Positions 53,942 through 63,545 of a stretch of 64,000 nucleotides of DNA are shown here, piece after piece; within the stretch, counting starts at the first letter, position 1, and each line of letters begins with the position of its first letter. Under the pieces are notes generated by a model. It did no database searches, was not told the DNA's origin, and saw only the letters and a list, made by a program, of their open reading frames with translations. Both the position numbers and the translations under genes were made by a program. Location: contig NZ_JAQSDH010000006.1 of assembly GCF_029945805.1 (NCBI RefSeq), positions 9,562 to 73,561 on the forward strand, in the 5' to 3' direction. This DNA comes from Flavobacterium sp. GTDB lineage: Bacteria > Bacteroidota > Bacteroidia > Flavobacteriales > Flavobacteriaceae.

Positions 53942-56900
53942 TTATCGCTTCATGGCGAAATGGGCTCTAAATTCTTGTGCAGTATTGTGTTCGTCTGTAT
54001 AGGAAACGCTGAACCAATAATCATCAGATGGCATTTGGCGACCATTATAAGTTCCGTCCCAACCACTATTGTTTGGTTTAATAAGCGTTATCATTTTACC
54101 ATATCGGTCAAATATTTCAATTTTGGCGCTTGGTTGGTTAGATAAATCTTTAATATTCCAAGAGTCATTGTAGCCATCTCCATTAGGCGTAAAATATTTT
54201 GGATAATTCACAACCAATGCTTGAATGGTACTGCTTCCACAACCATTTTTATCTCTAACGGTTACGGTATGCATTCCCGATGCGACATTGTTGAATACGT
54301 TGCTGTCTTGGAATGGACCATTATCTAATTGGTATTCAAAATTATTGCCCTGACCAGTTGCAGTGACGGTTATTGATTGGCTGTCTGCAAAATCTTCACT
54401 AACTTCGTAAGTTACGATTGCGGGTTCCGATGGGGTAACTGTTACACTTATTGGATCTGAACTACAACCTGTAGCAATGCTAGTAGCAATTAGAGTATAA
54501 ATTCCCGGTAAAATAGCTTGATAGGAATTAGAAGTTCCAACAGTTGTTCCGCTTTCATTTGTCCAAACAAAATGATGCGTTGCAGTTGTCAAGCCACTAT
54601 ACATGGTGTATGGATTTAACAGATTCCCAGTTTCGCTGTCGATGCAAATTATACCGTCAATCGGAGTTGGCTCCGGTAATTTATTTACGATGATTGTAAT
54701 TGGTTTTACATCAAAACAATTAGACGTTAAATTATTTTTAACTCGAACATAAACCACATTTTGAGTAGATGTTATTACTGGATTTGTGCCTGTAGTAGCA
54801 TTAGCTAAACTTTCGTAATACGTTACTTCAAATTCAGTTCCCGTCTGTGTTCCTAGTACGGTTGCTGATAAAGAAGCTAAATTGAATGTTGTTACGCCAT
54901 CGTTAGTTCCGTCTTCGTCGCAAACCGTTCTTAAAGAAGCTGGAATTGCTTGTGCAATTGGAGTATCAATGATGGTTACAGTAAATGTACTTTCATCACT
55001 ACATCTCGGCAAGAAAGGAGATTGTCCATAAATATAAAGTGTCATCGAGGAACTAATTACAGAACCTACAGCCAATTGTGTTCCGGTTCCATTTGGACCC
55101 GTATAATATTTTCCAATGGCTAGTGTTGGTAAAGTGAAATTTTCACAAATAGTAACGTTTGGTAAATCATCAACATTAAAAATCGTAACGCTAAAGTTTC
55201 TTTGAGAAATACAATCTGGTGCTGTAGCCGTATTAGCAAATACATAAATTGTTTGAGATGTTGTTAAAACAGCGCCGGCGTTTAATAGAGTTCCACTTCC
55301 GTTTATCGCGGAATAATAATTCCCTGTTGGTAACGTGTAAGAATTACAAGCAACTACATTTGCTATAGGAGCAAGAACTGGCGTTTGGTTAATTGTTATT
55401 ATAAATGAAGTCTCATCGATACAAGAGAAAGAAGTCCTGATGGTTGATTCTTTAAAAATATATACCGTCTGACTTGTCGTAATTACAGTGCCCGGAGCTA
55501 TTTCTGTACCTGTTCCTAATGGTCCGCCCGATTGTGTGAAATAGTTATTATTTTGCGATAAAGTTGGTAATGTATAAGTATCACAAGCTGTTATGTTTGC
55601 GGATGTGTCAGCAGTTGTTGAAAATATGTTTATCTGGAAACTATTTTCTGCCGTACAAGCGGGTGTTGTGTTTGAAACCGCATAAATATAAATTCTTTGA
55701 GAAGTTGTTATAACGGTGTTTGCTGGTATAAGCGTTCCAGTTCCGTTTGTTCCAGAATAATAAGTACCAACCGCTAATGGCGTCAATACATATTGGTCGC
55801 AAATATCAATATCGGAACGAGAATCGATAGCAGGTAACGGGTTTATAGTCACTGTAAAACTGGATTGATTTGCGCAACTTTCATCTAGTCGTTTAAAAAT
55901 ATAGATGGTTTGAGTTTGAAGTAATACATCTCCAGGATACAATTGTGTTCCAGTTCCATCCACATCTGAAAAATATTCGCCGTTTGTTACTGTAGGCAGT
56001 GTAAATGTTTCGCAAACCGAAACATTAGGTAATATGTCGACTTGAGGCTGTGCAAAAGTTAACGTAAAGTGTACGTTGTCTGTACAATTATTCCCTCCAC
56101 CAGATAATGGCACATAAATATAAATTGTTGAATTGACGTTTATCACTGTTCCAGCTGGAATAAGACTTCCGGTTCCCACAGGTCCAGTAAAATAATTTCC
56201 AATAGGCAAGGAAGGTAGAGTGTATCCATTACATTGCGAAATATCTGCTGGTTGGTTTATGCCGATGAATACATCAAAACTATCTTCATCTGAACAAACA
56301 GTTGGTCCGGTGGTCGCTGCATAAACATATATGGTTTGATTGGACGTTATTGGTGTGCCAGCAGCTAATTGTGTTCCAGTTCCGCCCGGACTAGAGTAAT
56401 AATTTCCTAAATTCAATGCAGGTAAAACGTAAGAGTCACATCTAAAAACATCTGGAAAAGTTCCAACGTCGAGTGTATTTATAATCGTAATATTAAAGCT
56501 AGAATCTACTACACATATTGGTGCGATTATAGTTGTAAAATAAAAATAGACTAACTGCGAACTAGTTATAGATGTTCCCGAAGGAATTTCGGTGCCACCA
56601 CCAGAGGGTCCACCAGGTTGAGTGTAATATTTGCCATAAGTTAAACTAGGTAGAGAATAGCTTCCACAAGATGAGACATCGGCGGGAGTAAGTTCATCTA
56701 CATTAACAATTGTTACTTTAAATGAGCTATTAGCACCACAAGTTCCTGGCCCACCAGGCTGATTAAAAATGTAAATAGTCTGGGTTTCTGTTATAACATC
56801 TCCCGCAGATAAAGGAGTTCCGCCACCACTAATTGCAGTAAAATAATTTCCATTTACTAAAGGTTGTAAAGTATATGTATTACATACAATCACGTTTTGT

Positions 56901-58552
56901 AGAACATCAACAATTGGAAGTGGATTAACTATTAAATTGAAGCTTGAAACGCTAAAGCATGATGGGTCACTTATGTTTTGAACTCGTACATAGATAGTTG
57001 TATTTCCATAAGCACCATAACTAGGATCCGCTATTGGATTAACTCCAGTAGTCGCGTTCGTTGACGAAGTGTAATAGGTAACAGCATAAATGCTTGGTGA
57101 TTGTGTTCCTAAAACTATACTTGTTTGTGGAGTAAAATTAAAATAACTAGTACTTTGTGAGCTTGTATTTGTACATCTCAATAAGTTCGGAGCCTGATTT
57201 GCTACCGGTGGAGGTGATACTTGTAATAAAAATGATTTAACAGTAAAACAAGGGCTTCCTGGCAACTGTATTCTAACATAAACCATCGTTCCGCTAGGAG
57301 CACTATACAGTAATGGTAGCGGACTGGTATTGTTGTCGGCATTATTTTGAGATGCAAAATAAGTAACAGACGTAGCTGCCGGTAATCCTTGTTTTACAAC
57401 CGATGTGTTTTGGTCTAAATTATAAGTGTAAGAGGCTTGACCCATATCACATTTGTATAGTGTTATAGGATTAGGTGAATTTATTTGAGGCAAATATTCT
57501 ACTATAATTGTATCAGTAATTGGGTCACAAGTACCGAGTATATTGATGTAAGTAACAGTATAGGTTCCAGCTTGGCTGACGGTTAAATTCGGTCCAGTTT
57601 CTGACAAAGTAGTAGTGCCTTTTTTCCAAACAAAGGAATATTCTGTTGCACTTAATCCAGTAGTAAGCGTTAGTGGAGTTCCAAAACATAAAGCTGAATT
57701 GTTTGCCGCACTTAAATCTTGCCCTAGAACATCCTGACCAATATTAAAACTATCTGAAGATAGGAAAATCGCAGAATCTGATTGTGGATCTGCTCTATCA
57801 GCGATAACTAATTTAATATGATAGGGAACTCCAGCTGTCAAAATAGAAGATGCAGTTAAGACTTTTGTTTGTCCGTTAAAGTTTGTAGCAGAGTTTGCCG
57901 CACCAGATCCACCATTGAATGATCCAAAGTATTGTGCATTAGCGGAAGGACAAGACGAGTTGTATTGAAAATCTCGTATGGTTACTACCGATATTGGTAA
58001 AGTCGTATTCGGCACTACTGCTAGGTTAGTTGTTACACCGGTGTTCACATTCGTTAGTAGAAATGCGAATGCATCAGAATATAAACATTGGAAATTTCCA
58101 TATTCTTCTGAAGCAAAAATAAAATCAAAACTAAAGTTTGGAGAAATCGGAGTAAAATCAAATTCTAAAACAGTGGCGTTTTTCGATATCATTGAAATTC
58201 CCGCCGCCGCTAATGTCGCTTCTAAATCGTTATCACCTGGCCAATTTGCCACCCCATCATTTAATAACGATGTGTTGGGGCCTGGCGTATTTAAAATATT
58301 GCCAGTACTTAATACAACGCCGCTTTGCATTGGAAAATTTGGATTTGTATTCTGGAAAAAACCGAGTCCGTTAGACGAACCATAATTAGTACCCGTTCGC
58401 CATGTTATGTTTGTAGCCGAAACGCAGGGTGAATTGATTAACACATTATTGACCAATTGCGGTACAGTATAATTTGTTGAACTAACAGAAACTGGTTGGG
58501 AGAAACCAAGGGTGCTAAGTAGGATAGCGGTTAATAGTACAATGTTTTTCAT
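53942..58552 (-). CDS. giant T9SS cargo: choice-of-anchor-L-like N-terminal domain, Ig-like and tandem Cys-bracketed modules, type B (gliding-motility) C-terminal sorting domain
   Basis: About 1536 aa from MKNIVLLTAILL. N-terminal WPGDNDLE..FDFIFASEEY. C-terminal YFTPNGDGYNDSWNI...WDGTYNG...DDYWF is the T9SS type B CTD signature. Confidence 0.8.
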   Translation of the reverse strand: MKNIVLLTAILLSTLGFSQPVSVSSTNYTVPQLVNNVLINSPCVSATNITWRTGTNYGSSNGLGFFQNTNPNFPMQSGVVLSTGNILNTPGPNTSLLNDGVANWPGDNDLEATLAAAGISMISKNATVLEFDFTPISPNFSFDFIFASEEYGNFQCLYSDAFAFLLTNVNTGVTTNLAVVPNTTLPISVVTIRDFQYNSSCPSANAQYFGSFNGGSGAANSATNFNGQTKVLTASSILTAGVPYHIKLVIADRADPQSDSAIFLSSDSFNIGQDVLGQDLSAANNSALCFGTPLTLTTGLSATEYSFVWKKGTTTLSETGPNLTVSQAGTYTVTYINILGTCDPITDTIIVEYLPQINSPNPITLYKCDMGQASYTYNLDQNTSVVKQGLPAATSVTYFASQNNADNNTSPLPLLYSAPSGTMVYVRIQLPGSPCFTVKSFLLQVSPPPVANQAPNLLRCTNTSSQSTSYFNFTPQTSIVLGTQSPSIYAVTYYTSSTNATTGVNPIADPSYGAYGNTTIYVRVQNISDPSCFSVSSFNLIVNPLPIVDVLQNVIVCNTYTLQPLVNGNYFTAISGGGTPLSAGDVITETQTIYIFNQPGGPGTCGANSSFKVTIVNVDELTPADVSSCGSYSLPSLTYGKYYTQPGGPSGGGTEIPSGTSITSSQLVYFYFTTIIAPICVVDSSFNITIINTLDVGTFPDVFRCDSYVLPALNLGNYYSSPGGTGTQLAAGTPITSNQTIYVYAATTGPTVCSDEDSFDVFIGINQPADISQCNGYTLPSLPIGNYFTGPVGTGSLIPAGTVINVNSTIYIYVPLSGGGNNCTDNVHFTLTFAQPQVDILPNVSVCETFTLPTVTNGEYFSDVDGTGTQLYPGDVLLQTQTIYIFKRLDESCANQSSFTVTINPLPAIDSRSDIDICDQYVLTPLAVGTYYSGTNGTGTLIPANTVITTSQRIYIYAVSNTTPACTAENSFQINIFSTTADTSANITACDTYTLPTLSQNNNYFTQSGGPLGTGTEIAPGTVITTSQTVYIFKESTIRTSFSCIDETSFIITINQTPVLAPIANVVACNSYTLPTGNYYSAINGSGTLLNAGAVLTTSQTIYVFANTATAPDCISQRNFSVTIFNVDDLPNVTICENFTLPTLAIGKYYTGPNGTGTQLAVGSVISSSMTLYIYGQSPFLPRCSDESTFTVTIIDTPIAQAIPASLRTVCDEDGTNDGVTTFNLASLSATVLGTQTGTEFEVTYYESLANATTGTNPVITSTQNVVYVRVKNNLTSNCFDVKPITIIVNKLPEPTPIDGIICIDSETGNLLNPYTMYSGLTTATHHFVWTNESGTTVGTSNSYQAILPGIYTLIATSIATGCSSDPISVTVTPSEPAIVTYEVSEDFADSQSITVTATGQGNNFEYQLDNGPFQDSNVFNNVASGMHTVTVRDKNGCGSSTIQALVVNYPKYFTPNGDGYNDSWNIKDLSNQPSAKIEIFDRYGKMITLIKPNNSGWDGTYNGRQMPSDDYWFSVSYTDEHNTAQEFRAHFAMKR

Positions 58553-58734
58553 AATTTGGGGATTTTGACAAATCAAATATTCATACATACATCGTTAAAA
58601 AGCAAATAAAATCGATGAAATACATTTTATTTATAAATAGTAAGTTATTAAACTTACAAAACAAGTGTTAAGTATTACTTTTTGTATTGCATTTTTATAA
58701 ATGTTTCTTGGTATTAAAATTCTACTGTAATGTT

Positions 58735-58742
58735 TATCTTTG
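58735..58742 (+). promoter_or_regulatory. -7 box TATCTTTG for argS
   Basis: Exact TAnnTTTG match, 20 nt before the ATG at 58763. Confidence 0.4.
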
Positions 58743-58762
58743 CGATCTTAAAATAAAGTACA

Positions 58763-60541
58763 ATGAAGCTTTCGCAAATTCTTACCATACCAATACAAAA
58801 TGCAGTTCAGGAACTATTTGATGTTACTCTAGAAAGGGTAGAATTTCAAATTACGCGGAAAGAATTTGAAGGTGATATTACAATGGTTATTTTTCCGTTA
58901 CTGAAAGTGATTAAAGGAAATCCTATTGAAATTGGAACTAAAATCGGAAACTATCTTATTGAAAATGTTGACACTATACTTAGATTTAATGTGGTATCCG
59001 GATTTTTAAATATTGTGGCTTCCGATGATTATTATATCGATTTTTTCAGCCAAATAAAAGATAAATCCAACTTTGGTTTTGTGGCGGTAAATCCGAATGA
59101 TAAAGCAATTATGGTCGAATATTCTTCGCCAAACACTAATAAACCTTTGCATCTTGGTCATGTTCGTAACAATCTTTTAGGATATTCGGTTGCGGAAATT
59201 ATTAAAGCTTCGGGAAAGAAAGTGTACAAAACGCAAATCATCAACGATCGTGGAATCCATATTTGTAAGTCGATGTTGGCTTGGCAGAAATTTGGAAAAG
59301 GTGAAACTCCAGAAAATACCGGTTTAAAAGGGGATAAATTAGTTGGAAATTTCTATGTAGAATTCGATAAACACTATAAAGTTCAAATCGCCGAATTAAT
59401 TAATCAAGGAAAAACGGAAGAAGAAGCTAAAAAACAGGCTCCTATTATTGTTGAAGCTCAGCAAATGCTTCTTGATTGGGAAGCTGGGAAACCAGAAATC
59501 ATTGACCTCTGGAAAACTATGAACCAATGGGTTTACGACGGTTTTGCTCAAACCTATAAAAACTTAGGAGTTGATTTCGATAGCTATTATTACGAAAGCA
59601 ATACTTATTTATTAGGAAAAGAAGTTGTTCAATTCGGATTGGAAAAGGGGATTTTCGAAAAAGATGCTGATGGTTCCGTATGGATCGATTTAACACCGGA
59701 CGGTTTGGACAGAAAAATCGTGTTGCGTTCTGACGGAACAGCCGTTTACATGACGCAAGATATCGGAACGGCCATTCAGCGTGTAAAGGATTTTCCAGAT
59801 GTCGGTGGGATGGTTTACACGGTCGGAAACGAGCAAGATTATCACTTCAAAGTATTGTTTCTAATTCTGAAAAAGCTAGGATTTAATTGGGCTGAAAATT
59901 TATTTCATTTGTCCTACGGTATGGTGGAATTACCATCAGGAAAAATGAAATCGAGAGAAGGAACTGTTGTAGATGCTGATGATTTGATGGAGGAAATGAC
60001 CAAAACTGCCGAAAAAATTTCTACCGAACTTGGAAAATTAGAAGGCTATTCAGAAGAAGAAAAGTCGAAATTATTCAATACAATCGGTTTTGGTGCTTTG
60101 AAATATTACATCTTGAAAGTGGATCCAAAAAAACAAATCCTTTTCAATCCAGAAGAATCTGTTGATTTTGCTGGAAATACGGGTCCGTTTATTCAATATA
60201 CGTATGCTCGAATTCAGTCCATCTTACGTAAGGCTGATTTTGATACTAGTACATTGAATGCAGCCGAAGCGCTTCATCCAAAAGAAAAAGAACTAATCAA
60301 ACAATTAGAACTTTATCCAGAAGTGATTCAAAACGCGGCAAACAACCATTCTCCTGCTTTATTGGCAAATTATACGTACGAATTGGTCAAAGAATACAAC
60401 TCATTCTATCAATCGGTTTCTATTTTAGGAGAAGAAAATCTGGCTAAGAAAGTTTTCAGAGTGCAGCTTTCCAATAAAGTAGCCCAAACTATTAAATCAG
60501 CATTTCAATTGCTCGGAATCGAAGTTCCGGAAAGAATGTAA
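58763..60541 (+). CDS. argS: arginine--tRNA ligase
   Basis: 592 aa. HIGH-type SSPNTNKPLHLGHVRN and MSTR-like KMKSREG. Confidence 0.95.
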   Translation: MKLSQILTIPIQNAVQELFDVTLERVEFQITRKEFEGDITMVIFPLLKVIKGNPIEIGTKIGNYLIENVDTILRFNVVSGFLNIVASDDYYIDFFSQIKDKSNFGFVAVNPNDKAIMVEYSSPNTNKPLHLGHVRNNLLGYSVAEIIKASGKKVYKTQIINDRGIHICKSMLAWQKFGKGETPENTGLKGDKLVGNFYVEFDKHYKVQIAELINQGKTEEEAKKQAPIIVEAQQMLLDWEAGKPEIIDLWKTMNQWVYDGFAQTYKNLGVDFDSYYYESNTYLLGKEVVQFGLEKGIFEKDADGSVWIDLTPDGLDRKIVLRSDGTAVYMTQDIGTAIQRVKDFPDVGGMVYTVGNEQDYHFKVLFLILKKLGFNWAENLFHLSYGMVELPSGKMKSREGTVVDADDLMEEMTKTAEKISTELGKLEGYSEEEKSKLFNTIGFGALKYYILKVDPKKQILFNPEESVDFAGNTGPFIQYTYARIQSILRKADFDTSTLNAAEALHPKEKELIKQLELYPEVIQNAANNHSPALLANYTYELVKEYNSFYQSVSILGEENLAKKVFRVQLSNKVAQTIKSAFQLLGIEVPERM

Positions 60542-60594
60542 TAACCTTAAAATAATTATTTCCATTTAAATTAAAAATCAAAACAATATACCTT

Positions 60595-61029
60595 ATGAAA
60601 AAATTAATTTTAATCCCAATCTTCTTACTAGTATTAGTAGTTTCTTCCTGTGATACAAGTGGAAGTTCATGGTCAACATCTGATCCTGCAACCTTAATTA
60701 ATACTGCTAAGCAAGGCACCTGGAGAATTAGTAATTATAATCACTCTGGAATTAATGAAACGAGTACTTTTACTGGTTATAATTTTACTTTTCCGGTATC
60801 CAATGTTTTATCTGTAACAAACGGAACCAATACTTACAGCGGAACGTGGTCTGTTATTGAAGATGTTTCCGAAGCTAATCCATCCGGTTTAAAATTTAAT
60901 ATCACATTTGACAATCCAACAGAATTTGCACAATTGTCTAAAGGTTGGGTGGTTGCTAGTTATAATGGTTCAACTATTTATTTGTTGGATGGTAGCGGAT
61001 CCGATGTTTTGGTATTTACTAAGAATTAA
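60595..61029 (+). CDS. hypothetical lipoprotein
   Basis: 144 aa. Lipobox VVSSC, beta-rich. Confidence 0.45.
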   Translation: MKKLILIPIFLLVLVVSSCDTSGSSWSTSDPATLINTAKQGTWRISNYNHSGINETSTFTGYNFTFPVSNVLSVTNGTNTYSGTWSVIEDVSEANPSGLKFNITFDNPTEFAQLSKGWVVASYNGSTIYLLDGSGSDVLVFTKN

Positions 61030-63545
61030 AAACTCAACTTCATATTAATATTTGGAGTCAATCCGAGTGCATAAGTATTCAAACTTTCTATAGTGTTTTC
61101 TGAATTGTTTATACGATACGAGCGGTTAATGCTGTTGTTGGTATTTAAAATATTAATTAAAGAAATATTTGTTTTAAGTCCGATTTTATCTGATATTTTC
61201 CAGTCTTTTGAAGCAGAAAAATTCAATTGAAAAAAGTCGTTCAGTTTACTGTTATTTGGCGAATTATAAACAATTTGATTGTCGGAATTTAAAGTCGTTG
61301 ATTGTGGGGTAGTGATTGGTTTACCAGTATGCCATTTTGAACCTAAAGCAAATTTTATGGAGTTCCATTCATAAATTCCGGCCCAAGAAACCGCGTGTCT
61401 CAACTGATAATTATTAATAAATTCTGCTGGCTGCAATGCATCAAAGAAATACTTATTATCATTATAGCTGTAGCTAACCCAAGTGTAAAATTTTCCAAAA
61501 TTCTTTTGAATTAAAAACTCTGATCCTAAAACTTGATAGTCGCCCGTTGTTTTAACAAATTCAAACTGGTTTTGAAATCCCTGACTGCTTGTGCTGATTC
61601 CGGTTATTTTTTTATAAAAATTGTCTAAGGTAATCAACCAATTGTTTTTTTTATAAGTAAATCCGAATGAAAACTGTTTGCTTTTCTGAATGGGATGTGT
61701 AGTGTCATTTGCAAGGGTCCATCGGCGTTTCTCAATTCCCAAAAAATCTTGTTGTAAATCGATTATTTGAGATAGCGTTTGATTTTTTTGCTCCGCTAAA
61801 ATTTCTAAATGAATGTTTTCATTTAGTGCTTGCGAAAACTGAATTCTTGGTTCTAGCAACAGTATTTCAAACGTATCAAAATAGGTGCCTCTGAGTCCGA
61901 TTTTCGCAACAGTATTTTTGTTTTCACTTTCAAAGATGCCTTCCCCAATAAAAGAATGTGATCTCAAAACCTGAACTGTTTTTCTAGAAAAAGAAGGTGA
62001 ATTAATTTTGTCAAAATTTGTCACTCCAATTTCATTAAATTGATACCCATTGTTAAATGTGAATGTTTGCGAAATCTGATGTGAATTTCTTATCTGAAAA
62101 CCCAAATCCAACACTTTATTTTCTTGATCTAAAATCTGATTACTTTGAACAACTTCATTTTTTGAGACTAGAGAATATTTCGACACGTAGAAGCGAAGGT
62201 GGGTTGAATTTTCTTTGTTCCAGTTGGTTGTCCAATTTAGTGTTGCACCCAAATTTTCCTGACCCAAATTGCTATTTTTTTTAGCCTCAGAAATAGATTG
62301 GGTTAAGAATAATGAGTTCTTAATGATAATTATGTCGGCTGTAAGCTCATTTTTTGTTCCAATTTTTTGTAAATATTGTGTTGTAAAATCGTAAAAAAAG
62401 AATTTTTCTCTTGTGTTGATGTCAATCGTCTGATTGCTATTCAGATTGGTCACCACGGTATTTTGAAAAACTCTGTTGCGGTAATTCCGATAGGTTGGCG
62501 TACTAAAAAAATCCGTTAATGAACGTCGGCCAGAGATGGTAAATGCCGCTTTTTTGGTAGCCTTTATTCGTGTGTAAAATTCAGCGCTAATTAAATTACT
62601 ACTGATGCTTGAACTTGTTTTTTCGATTGATTTTGAATGAGACGAAATGTCAATAAGACTAGAAACACTTTCTCCAAAAAAAGCAGAAGTCCCATTTTTA
62701 GTAACTGAAATAGTTTGTGCTAAGGATGGATTAAAAGCGGAGATCAATCCGAAGAAATGTCCAGTCTGAAACATCCTGATACCATTCCATAAAAAAAGAT
62801 TTTGATCGTGTGTACCGCCGCGCACATTGATGTTGGAAACCGTTTCGTCAACTGAATTGATGCCCGGAATCTGTTGCATGGTCTGTAATAGATCGGTCTC
62901 AATTAAACCGGGCAAAATACCAAATTTTGCGGGCTTAATTTCAATGGAACCGTCATTTTTTTTATAAATTCCAGTAGTTAAATAATGCTTGGTTAGAACT
63001 TCATCCAATTTCAAAACAACTATCTTAAGTTGTATTTTTGGGCAATCGGAGACATATAATTCCTTAAATGGAACAACTTTTTTTTCGAAGTTAATATGTG
63101 ATATTTCAATAGAATTTGGGGAAATGATTGGAATTTCAAAATAACCTTTTTCATCTGAAAAAACAGTTATGTCAGTATTTTGAATTTTAATCGTTGCACT
63201 TTCAATGGGCAATTTTGTTTCAATGTCAACTAGGGTTCCACACAAGGGCTTGTCTAGCTTTTGATTGTTAAAAACTGAATAGTAAGTGCTATTTATTTTT
63301 TTTATTTTCAATCCAGTCTTAGATTCAATATACTTTAGTTTTTCAAATAGGGGCAATGTAGTTTTTGGAGGAATGATAGTAACGACAATTACTTCTTCAA
63401 CAATATAATTGAATTTAATATTGTTTTGGATTTCTATTTTCTCTAAAATTGTTTTCAATGGTAATGAACCCTCCTCCTGCTGAGCATAGCTCAACATGAA
63501 AAAGAATAAAAATAAGGATGAAAAAAGATGTTTTTTTGACATCAT
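61026..63545 (-). CDS. TonB-dependent receptor with N-terminal STN signalling domain (FecA-like transducer)
   Basis: 839 aa. Signal peptide, STN-like LPLKTILEKIEIQNNIKFNY, CarboxypepD_reg-like GTLVDIETKLPIESATI..SDEKGYFEI, plug NVRGGTHDQNLFLWNGIRM. Start overlaps the FecR stop (TAATG). Confidence 0.75.
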   Translation of the reverse strand: MMSKKHLFSSLFLFFFMLSYAQQEEGSLPLKTILEKIEIQNNIKFNYIVEEVIVVTIIPPKTTLPLFEKLKYIESKTGLKIKKINSTYYSVFNNQKLDKPLCGTLVDIETKLPIESATIKIQNTDITVFSDEKGYFEIPIISPNSIEISHINFEKKVVPFKELYVSDCPKIQLKIVVLKLDEVLTKHYLTTGIYKKNDGSIEIKPAKFGILPGLIETDLLQTMQQIPGINSVDETVSNINVRGGTHDQNLFLWNGIRMFQTGHFFGLISAFNPSLAQTISVTKNGTSAFFGESVSSLIDISSHSKSIEKTSSSISSNLISAEFYTRIKATKKAAFTISGRRSLTDFFSTPTYRNYRNRVFQNTVVTNLNSNQTIDINTREKFFFYDFTTQYLQKIGTKNELTADIIIIKNSLFLTQSISEAKKNSNLGQENLGATLNWTTNWNKENSTHLRFYVSKYSLVSKNEVVQSNQILDQENKVLDLGFQIRNSHQISQTFTFNNGYQFNEIGVTNFDKINSPSFSRKTVQVLRSHSFIGEGIFESENKNTVAKIGLRGTYFDTFEILLLEPRIQFSQALNENIHLEILAEQKNQTLSQIIDLQQDFLGIEKRRWTLANDTTHPIQKSKQFSFGFTYKKNNWLITLDNFYKKITGISTSSQGFQNQFEFVKTTGDYQVLGSEFLIQKNFGKFYTWVSYSYNDNKYFFDALQPAEFINNYQLRHAVSWAGIYEWNSIKFALGSKWHTGKPITTPQSTTLNSDNQIVYNSPNNSKLNDFFQLNFSASKDWKISDKIGLKTNISLINILNTNNSINRSYRINNSENTIESLNTYALGLTPNINMKLSF

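Noticed and set aside
57978-58385. 135-aa plus-strand ORF. Similar antisense ORFs occur at 28423-28782, 49203-49559, 45859-46131, 33490-34595, 40738-41046 and 17932-18255.
   Set aside because: All are embedded antisense in long genes with strong family signatures. They have no independent start context and their composition mirrors the sense gene.
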